A DNA stretch of 64,000 nucleotides from contig OZ242214.1 in the NCBI GenBank assembly GCA_965206595.1, positions 2,464,001-2,528,000 on the forward strand, written 5' to 3'. The translations under genes and the position numbers were made by a program. Positions 57,449 to 64,000 of the stretch are shown here, one piece after another (the stretch's first letter is position 1; every line of letters begins with the position of its first letter). Under the pieces are notes generated by a model that did no database searches, was not told where the DNA came from, and worked only from the letters and a program-made list of their open reading frames with translations. This stretch comes from Candidatus Latescibacterota bacterium. GTDB taxonomy: Bacteria > Latescibacterota > UBA2968 > UBA8231.

Positions 57449-58761
57449 TCTACCCTCCCGGTCAGTGCCTGGACAGGGTGCAGACGCGCCATTTTCCAGG
57501 CCGGCCAAGCTCCGGAGATGACCCCGAAGAACAGGGCGAGCAAGACCCCGTAGAAGTATGTGCGGATCAATACCCCGACATCCATGTACACATTTTGATC
57601 GAGTGCCAGTATGCCCCAGCTGATCGGCAGGCTGAGCGCCCCGCCGATCAGGGTGAGCAGCACGTTTTCCGCCACGAATTGCCCTACCAAGGTGCGGGTC
57701 GAAGCGCCGAACGACTTGCGCACCCCGATCTCGGAGGTGCGCTCCTCGATGCGGCCGATGCTGAGATTGACGAGGTGGAGCGCCGGCAGGAGCAGGAACA
57801 GAAGCATATAGCCTCCCAGGGTGAGCAGCCGCCGCCGGAGATAGTCGGCGACCACTTGGCGTCCGTCCACGCTGCTGCTATAGTCCTTCTTCCATCTTCC
57901 TCGGAGCCCCCACTCCTCCAGCTTTGTCACCAGCGGAGCGGATACTCCGGTGAGGACGAAGCGCTCATCGGGTGGAGGTTCCACCTGTTCCAGCACGGCC
58001 GCGAATTCCGCCCGGATGCGCTCCATATCCGCCGGCCGCCGCGCCAGCACCGCCGCCCTGAACTGTCCCGAAAGCTTGTAGGTGCGCCAGACCTCGGGAG
58101 GAGCGGTGGTTACCGGCACCCAGACATCGGCGTGGATTCTCATCCCTCTCTCCCGGTAGGAATAGGTATGCCGAACGTCGGTCACCACGCCGACCACGCG
58201 GTAGTTCTGTCCGTCGATGGGCACGCTCTTGCCCACAACCTCCTCCGAGCCGAAGAAGCGTCGGCTGAATCCGGCGGGGATCACGGCGACCTTGGCGCCC
58301 GATGTCACCTCCGAGGTCCCATAGGGCCGGCCCTGGCGGAAGTCGAAGCGGAAGACCTCCCAGAACGCCCCATCGGTCAACATCACCTGCAGATGGCTCT
58401 CCTCCGCCCCTCCTTGCATTCCCCGGGAATCGGCATGAGAGAACACCGTCACGTTTTCCGCCGTTTCCAGGCGACGCACATAGCGGTCCAGAAACGCGTA
58501 ACCAGGCCTATAGTTCCGGAGTACGGCCTTCGCTGGACTGAGAGATGAGTCGGTTGCAGTAAACTTCGGGAACAGCCAGTCGAGATACAGGGTGCGGTCG
58601 GAGTGGACCTCAGGCGGCACCGGCCCCACCTCCTGGTCCAAAAAGGCCGCGGCCAGCATAAGCACCACCAAGGTGAAACAGATCCCGAACAGGTTGACGC
58701 AGGTGAAGAACTTGTGCCGCCAGAATACCTTGAGGGCGACCTTCAGATAGTTCTTCAGCAT
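57445..58761 (-). CDS. MacB/FtsX-type ABC permease
   Basis: MLKNYLKVALK, ERTSEIGVRKSFGA, PAWKMARLHPVQAL. Confidence 0.9.
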   Translation of the reverse strand: MLKNYLKVALKVFWRHKFFTCVNLFGICFTLVVLMLAAAFLDQEVGPVPPEVHSDRTLYLDWLFPKFTATDSSLSPAKAVLRNYRPGYAFLDRYVRRLETAENVTVFSHADSRGMQGGAEESHLQVMLTDGAFWEVFRFDFRQGRPYGTSEVTSGAKVAVIPAGFSRRFFGSEEVVGKSVPIDGQNYRVVGVVTDVRHTYSYRERGMRIHADVWVPVTTAPPEVWRTYKLSGQFRAAVLARRPADMERIRAEFAAVLEQVEPPPDERFVLTGVSAPLVTKLEEWGLRGRWKKDYSSSVDGRQVVADYLRRRLLTLGGYMLLFLLLPALHLVNLSIGRIEERTSEIGVRKSFGASTRTLVGQFVAENVLLTLIGGALSLPISWGILALDQNVYMDVGVLIRTYFYGVLLALFFGVISGAWPAWKMARLHPVQALTGRVE

Positions 58762-58774
58762 GCCCCTCTCCTCC

Positions 58775-59440
<666 letters not shown>

Positions 59441-59450
59441 GGCTGCCTCC

Positions 59451-60728
59451 TTATCTGATCCGGACTTCGTCCATGTGCAGGTAGTTCTTCATGCTTGAAA
59501 TGATCACCTCGTCCCCTTCCAACAAGCCCTCCACCACTTCGTAGTACTCGAAATTCGCCAGGCCGATGCGGACCTCCGTCTTCACCGCGGTCTCGCCGTG
59601 GACGACGAAGACCTCGTGGAGACCGGCGCCGCCGTTGATGAACGGCCCCCGCGCCAACCGCAGGGAGCGCTCCTTGCGGGCGGTGACGATGTAGGCGTCG
59701 ACCCGCTGGTTGGGCCGCAGCAAGGGGTGCGCCGGGTCGTCCAGCTCGACCTCGAGATCGATGACGTTGTCGTCCACCGTGGGAAGGATGCGGGAGATGC
59801 GCCCCTCGACGTACGCCTCCTCGCGGATGCGCAGGCGCACCGGCAGCCCGGTCCGGAGCCGTTGGGCGTGGATGTCGGAAACCCTGACGTCGACGCGGAA
59901 GGAGCTGAGGTCGGCGACGCGGGCGATCTCCTGGCCCTGGCCGATCGGGGCTCCGACCACCGGGGAGACCGAGGTGAGCACGCCCTCCCTGTCGGCGCGG
60001 ATATGGGCCCGCTCCAGGCGGCGGCGCACTTCCTCCCCCTCGCGTTCGAGGGTCTTTATCTCCAGCTGCAGGGCCTGCAGCCGGGCCCGCGTCGACTCGA
60101 TCAGGTTGCGGCGGTTCTCTTCGAGCTGCTGCAGCTCGATGCCGGCGCGCTCCTCCTCGAGCTGGGCCTGGCGCAGCTGCTCCCCGGAAACCGCGCCGAT
60201 TCTCTGCAGCTCCTGGTACTGGGCGGTGCGGGTCTGCCGGCGCTCCAGGTCCAGTTTCTTCAGGCGCCGGTTCGTCTCCAGGTCGCTGAGACTCTTGCGC
60301 TCCTCCAGCTCGATCCGGGTGCGCTGGTTCTGCTTGAGCGCCAGCTCTTCCGCCCGTTTCTCGACCTCGAGCCGCGCCGCGTTCAGGTCGAGCTCGACGA
60401 TCGCCTCTCCCTGCCGCAGCAGGTCCCCCGGTTTGCGCAGAATGCGCACGAGACGGGTGTTGACGGGACTGAAGAGGATCTGCTCGAACCGGGGCACCAC
60501 CGTGCCGGAAGCGCTGATCGTCTCCTCCACGGCTCCCCGCTGCACCTGCGCGGTGCGGATGCGGCCGGAGTCCACCGACGGCCTGATCCAGCCGGGCAGC
60601 CAGACGAATAGCGAGACGAGCGCCGCCAGTCCGGCCAGGGAACGGGCTATCTGTTTGCAGCGGCGTCGGCGCCGGAACGCCGGGTCCAGCGGCCGGTCCA
60701 TCGGGTCCGGTCGAACAGCTTCATCCAT
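59451..60728 (-). CDS. efflux periplasmic adaptor subunit (HlyD/MacA)
   Basis: N-terminal TM, ISASGTVVP, long coiled coil, VRIG...EVVEGLLEGDEVIIS. Confidence 0.9.
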   Translation of the reverse strand: MDEAVRPDPMDRPLDPAFRRRRRCKQIARSLAGLAALVSLFVWLPGWIRPSVDSGRIRTAQVQRGAVEETISASGTVVPRFEQILFSPVNTRLVRILRKPGDLLRQGEAIVELDLNAARLEVEKRAEELALKQNQRTRIELEERKSLSDLETNRRLKKLDLERRQTRTAQYQELQRIGAVSGEQLRQAQLEEERAGIELQQLEENRRNLIESTRARLQALQLEIKTLEREGEEVRRRLERAHIRADREGVLTSVSPVVGAPIGQGQEIARVADLSSFRVDVRVSDIHAQRLRTGLPVRLRIREEAYVEGRISRILPTVDDNVIDLEVELDDPAHPLLRPNQRVDAYIVTARKERSLRLARGPFINGGAGLHEVFVVHGETAVKTEVRIGLANFEYYEVVEGLLEGDEVIISSMKNYLHMDEVRIR

Positions 60729-60932
60729 GCGGCCTCCGGCCGTCCCAGGCCGCAAACCCTTCGGGTCGGACACGCTCGACCGGCGCTCCGGAGGCGGGGC
60801 TCCGTTGCTTCCCGGTATGCGGGGTTCGACACGGATGCGCGCCTCCCCCGCGGGCCCCGGGTCTCTGCCCGGGCTGCGGAACCATTTCTTCAACGGGATC
60901 ACCGGGTTGCCAAGCTCCTTCCGCCCCTTCCA

Positions 60933-60948
60933 TACAATTTCCGTGCCA
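60933..60948 (-). promoter_or_regulatory. sigma54-like promoter TGGCAC-N5-TTGTA for the ABC exporter operon
   Basis: -24 TGGCAC exact, -12 one mismatch to TTGCA; about 200 bp upstream of the adaptor gene. Confidence 0.6.
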
Positions 60949-61005
60949 GGGTTCAGCCGCTTCTCTTTACCCTGTGTGCGGACTTGAACTGGGTGCCGGT
61001 GTCCC

Positions 61006-61021
61006 TGTTCGATTTCGAACA
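61006..61021. promoter_or_regulatory. palindrome TGTTCGATTTCGAACA, probable enhancer-binding-protein site
   Basis: near-perfect dyad about 60 bp upstream of the sigma54-like element; related half sites nearby. Confidence 0.5.
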
Positions 61022-61354
61022 GCCGCAACCGATTCCGGACACTCCGCTCCTGAGTTGCGTCCGCCTCGAGGCGAAGCTGGGCGTCTCCACCGTTGGCCTG
61101 GTATCCGGGAGTACTACCTGGGAAATCCGGGCCTTGGCTGTCTTTCAATCAGAGCCTGGATGATTATCAATCAGGGCGTGATTGATTTGCAGGGACTGGA
61201 GACTGCTTGCCCGGAAGATCCTTGCGACTTTGTCTTCGTCCCGGTGAGGGGGTTCATGCCTCCTGGTGCAGTCCACCGGACACGCCGGAGAGGCGACGCC
61301 CCTCTTGGCCTGCGAACCGCCGTCTTCATCAACCCAACCCACGGGAGAACAGCC

Positions 61355-62236
61355 ATGACCGAACACGCCAACACATCGCATTCGATCACCGACGAAACAA
61401 TGGAGATGTCCCACGACGAGAAGTACCTCTTCGACCTGACCGGGTTCCTGATCGTGCGGGACGTGCTGAGCCCCGAGCACCTGAAGCTGGCCAACGAGGC
61501 GATCGATTCCATGGAGCTCAACCCGAGCCCGGAGTACTTCGGCGACTCGGCCGCCCTTCGGGGTGAAAACAGCTCGACGCGCCTCGGCAACAGCGGGAAC
61601 CTGATGGAGCTGCCGCATCCCCACTGCGAGCCCTTCCGGGAAATGCTGGCGCATCCGAAAACCACGCCCCACCTCAATACCATCCTCGGGGAAGGCTGGC
61701 GCCTCGACCACGGCCCCGGGCTGATCGCCATGGACAAGGGATGTTCCGGGGGTATGCTGCACGGCAACTTCGACAACGCCCCCTACTTCTACCGCGAGGG
61801 CAGGATCTTCACCGGGCTCTGCGTCATCGAGTACCTGCTCGCCGACGAAGGCCCCGGCGACGGCGGCATCAGCGTCATTCCCGGCAGCCACAAGGCGAAC
61901 CTCGCCTGCCCGGCAAAGATGCGGAGGTGGGAGCAGTACCGGGAATTCGTCACCGAGATCAACGCCAGGGCCGGCGACGCGGTCATCTTCAGCGAGGCCT
62001 GCACCCACGGAACCCTCCCGTGGAACGCCGATCACCAGCGCCGGGCCATCCTCTACAAGTACAACACCGGGCACATGTCATGGGGTGGAGGCGGCGTGCG
62101 CGGGCGGCGGGCGTCCTACTGGGAGGAGCTCACCCCGGCGCAGCAGGCCGCCCTGCTCCTGCCCTCCCACCACTCCCGCAGACCCAAGCAGAGCAACGGG
62201 TATGAAGGGCTCGCCGAGGTGGCCGATTCGGTCTGA
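61355..62236 (+). CDS. phytanoyl-CoA dioxygenase (PhyH) family protein
   Basis: EKYLFDLTGFLIVRDVL, WRLDH, VIPGSHKAN, AGDAVIFSEACTHGTLPW. Confidence 0.85.
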   Translation: MTEHANTSHSITDETMEMSHDEKYLFDLTGFLIVRDVLSPEHLKLANEAIDSMELNPSPEYFGDSAALRGENSSTRLGNSGNLMELPHPHCEPFREMLAHPKTTPHLNTILGEGWRLDHGPGLIAMDKGCSGGMLHGNFDNAPYFYREGRIFTGLCVIEYLLADEGPGDGGISVIPGSHKANLACPAKMRRWEQYREFVTEINARAGDAVIFSEACTHGTLPWNADHQRRAILYKYNTGHMSWGGGGVRGRRASYWEELTPAQQAALLLPSHHSRRPKQSNGYEGLAEVADSV

Positions 62237-62254
62237 GAGTCCGGCCGTCCGCCG

Positions 62255-64000
62255 TCAGCGGATCAGGGCCATGCGCCCCGCGGCGGTGAAGTCCCCCCCG
62301 GCGGTGAGCCGGTACAGATAGACCCCGCTGGCGACCGGGCGGGCTTCGTCGTCGAGGCCGTCCCATGATGTGCGGTGGTGGCCGGACCCCAGGGCTTCTC
62401 CGCTGTGCAGGGTGCGGACGCGGCGCCCGAGCAGGTCGTAGACCGCCAGGCGCACCGGTGCCGTCCGCGGCAGGTCGAAAGCGATGGTGGTGTTGGCGTT
62501 GAATGGATTGGGCCAGTTGCCTCGCAACCGAAACTCAGAGGGCGTTTCCGCCGCCTGGTCGACAACCGCGCTCGCGACCTGATTGGGGGCTCCGGGTGTG
62601 GGGGTGCTTACGGTCTGAAAGTCCCCGGTGACGTCGGGGATGCGCGCCCAGCTCGTTCCCTCGTCGGCCTGTCCCTCTTCCCAGTCGATCCCGGCCACCA
62701 GCAGGCCGCCGGCGGTCCAGATGCCGAGCTCTTCGTCGCGGCCGAGGGCAAAACCCGGCCACCCGTCCTTGTCGAGCTGAACCTGCAGATAGGCACCCGC
62801 CTCGATGACCGTGCCCTCCGGGAAGGGGGTGCGCTTCCCGGCGTCGGCCAGATCGTCGGCCATGAGAAAGTCCGAAAGATCCATCGGCTCATCCGAGGCA
62901 TTGTAGACCTCGAACCAGTCGAGCGGATCCCCCTGGGCAGCGACCTCGTTGACGATCAGTCCGATCTCCGCACCGATTTCGCCGTCACCCTCTTCGGTGA
63001 AAGCGTTCCCGCCGAAGCTCAACAAGGTGCCGTAGAACAGGCCGGAAACCCTGGCCCCCGGCTCGGTGCCGGCCTCTTCCAGTTCAATCCCTCCCGTGGC
63101 GATCAGGTCCCACTGGTTCGGAGGGGCATCCGGGGATGGCAACAACAGGCGGAAGCCGCGGACCGAGTACAGGTCGATGGGCAGGCTGGCGCCGCTCGCC
63201 ATCCGGTCGATCGGCAGCGAAACGGTGAGAACGTCTATGGATAAATCTTCTCCAAGACTGACAACGGTTACCGCCGCCTTGTCCTTGTCAATGCGTCCCT
63301 CCTCTTCTGCGAAGCCGGCTACGGCTCCCGAGCTCACGAAGCGCTGCTGCTTTCCCTCCAGCTGGTAATGGGTGAACGAGACCGTCCCTTCCTGCAGCGG
63401 ATTCTCGCTCCCGCTCGATCCCCATGCGGTCTCGAAGCGCAGCTCGAACGCCCCTTTTTCCGCCCAGCAGAACGGCTCGGTCAGCGGCCAGGGCCAGGCG
63501 GGCGGCTCCGGATCGAGATCGGCCAGAACCGCCGCTCGCCGCCCGCGGATGAACCGGCGCACCCGCTTGGCGTCCCGGGCGGCATCGGGTCGCATGGCAG
63601 GCAGCGCGTGCTGCTTGACGATCTCCTCCATCTCGCCGGCGAGGCCGAGAAGCTCTTCTTCGTTCCAGACCGTTTCGAGCAGTTGCCTGAGGCGGGCGAC
63701 ATAGTCGGCTCGCGTCGCTTCGTTGCGGTACAAACGGTGGGCGATGGCTCCGTGCGCCAGGACCGAAGCCGGCGACCTGAAATCGTCGAAAGGAACATCG
63801 GTCGAGGTGAAAACCTGGTCCGCGCCCCAGGGTATGAACTGGAAGGGACCGTCCGTCTCGCGGTAGACGAAGTAGTTGTTGCGGTTGCCGGCGTACCCGT
63901 CCCAGTGGCCGATAAGCACCTCGACGGCCCAGAAGGTGAGGAAGCGGTCGAGGTCGACGGCGTCGGCGAGGGCTTCGAATCCGGCCTGGGACGAATCCTG
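62255..64000 (-). CDS. CotH-kinase-like + lamin-tail + FlgD Ig-like secreted protein (5' end outside window)
   Basis: HWDGY...NNYFVY...FIPWGAD (CotH), IVNEVAA..DWFEVYN (LTD), NWPNPFN...WDGLD..SGVYLY (FlgD). Confidence 0.85.
   Translation of the reverse strand, partial: QDSSQAGFEALADAVDLDRFLTFWAVEVLIGHWDGYAGNRNNYFVYRETDGPFQFIPWGADQVFTSTDVPFDDFRSPASVLAHGAIAHRLYRNEATRADYVARLRQLLETVWNEEELLGLAGEMEEIVKQHALPAMRPDAARDAKRVRRFIRGRRAAVLADLDPEPPAWPWPLTEPFCWAEKGAFELRFETAWGSSGSENPLQEGTVSFTHYQLEGKQQRFVSSGAVAGFAEEEGRIDKDKAAVTVVSLGEDLSIDVLTVSLPIDRMASGASLPIDLYSVRGFRLLLPSPDAPPNQWDLIATGGIELEEAGTEPGARVSGLFYGTLLSFGGNAFTEEGDGEIGAEIGLIVNEVAAQGDPLDWFEVYNASDEPMDLSDFLMADDLADAGKRTPFPEGTVIEAGAYLQVQLDKDGWPGFALGRDEELGIWTAGGLLVAGIDWEEGQADEGTSWARIPDVTGDFQTVSTPTPGAPNQVASAVVDQAAETPSEFRLRGNWPNPFNANTTIAFDLPRTAPVRLAVYDLLGRRVRTLHSGEALGSGHHRTSWDGLDDEARPVASGVYLYRLTAGGDFTAAGRMALIR

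Overview
GC-rich bacterial window that reads like a metagenome-assembled chromosome segment. Secreted WD40 and CotH proteins with 'NPFN' FlgD-Ig tails, an ankyrin protein and several PhyH dioxygenases suggest, by inference only, a Latescibacterota/Gemmatimonadota-like host-associated organism. 1-13.3 kb is metabolic: uxuA-like, Gfo/Idh/MocA, pyrD, a rearranged N-methylglutamate/glutamate-synthase-like operon with an XRE-cupin regulator, an epimerase and a truncated GH29. 13.3-27.3 kb holds ynbA/B-like lipid genes, a broken outer-membrane/SdiA-like cluster, higBA, PhyH, M28, an ECF sigma factor, PcfJ and a BNR-4 protein. 27.4-34.4 kb is an accessory block with an AT-richer core (Phd-VapC, PIN, TPR protein, AAA-DUF4143) centred on a dynamin-like GTPase that carries an N-terminal integrase-arm-like segment and has a sigma70 promoter bracketed by 18-bp inverted repeats. 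This is the best candidate for an undescribed system. 39.6-54.2 kb is a mosaic of HEPN proteins, ankyrin, a class III cyclase-fold protein, vapBC, three co-oriented IS91/ISCR oriIS remnants, IS3, tRNA-Val(TAC) and IS1380. 54.2-61 kb is a MacAB-type ABC exporter operon with a sigma54-like promoter and a partial duplication. Many genes are decayed by in-frame stops, frameshifts and deletions that fuse unrelated gene halves; some single-base frameshifts may be sequencing errors. No CRISPR array, rRNA or integron integrase was seen. All family assignments are from motif recognition, not database searches.
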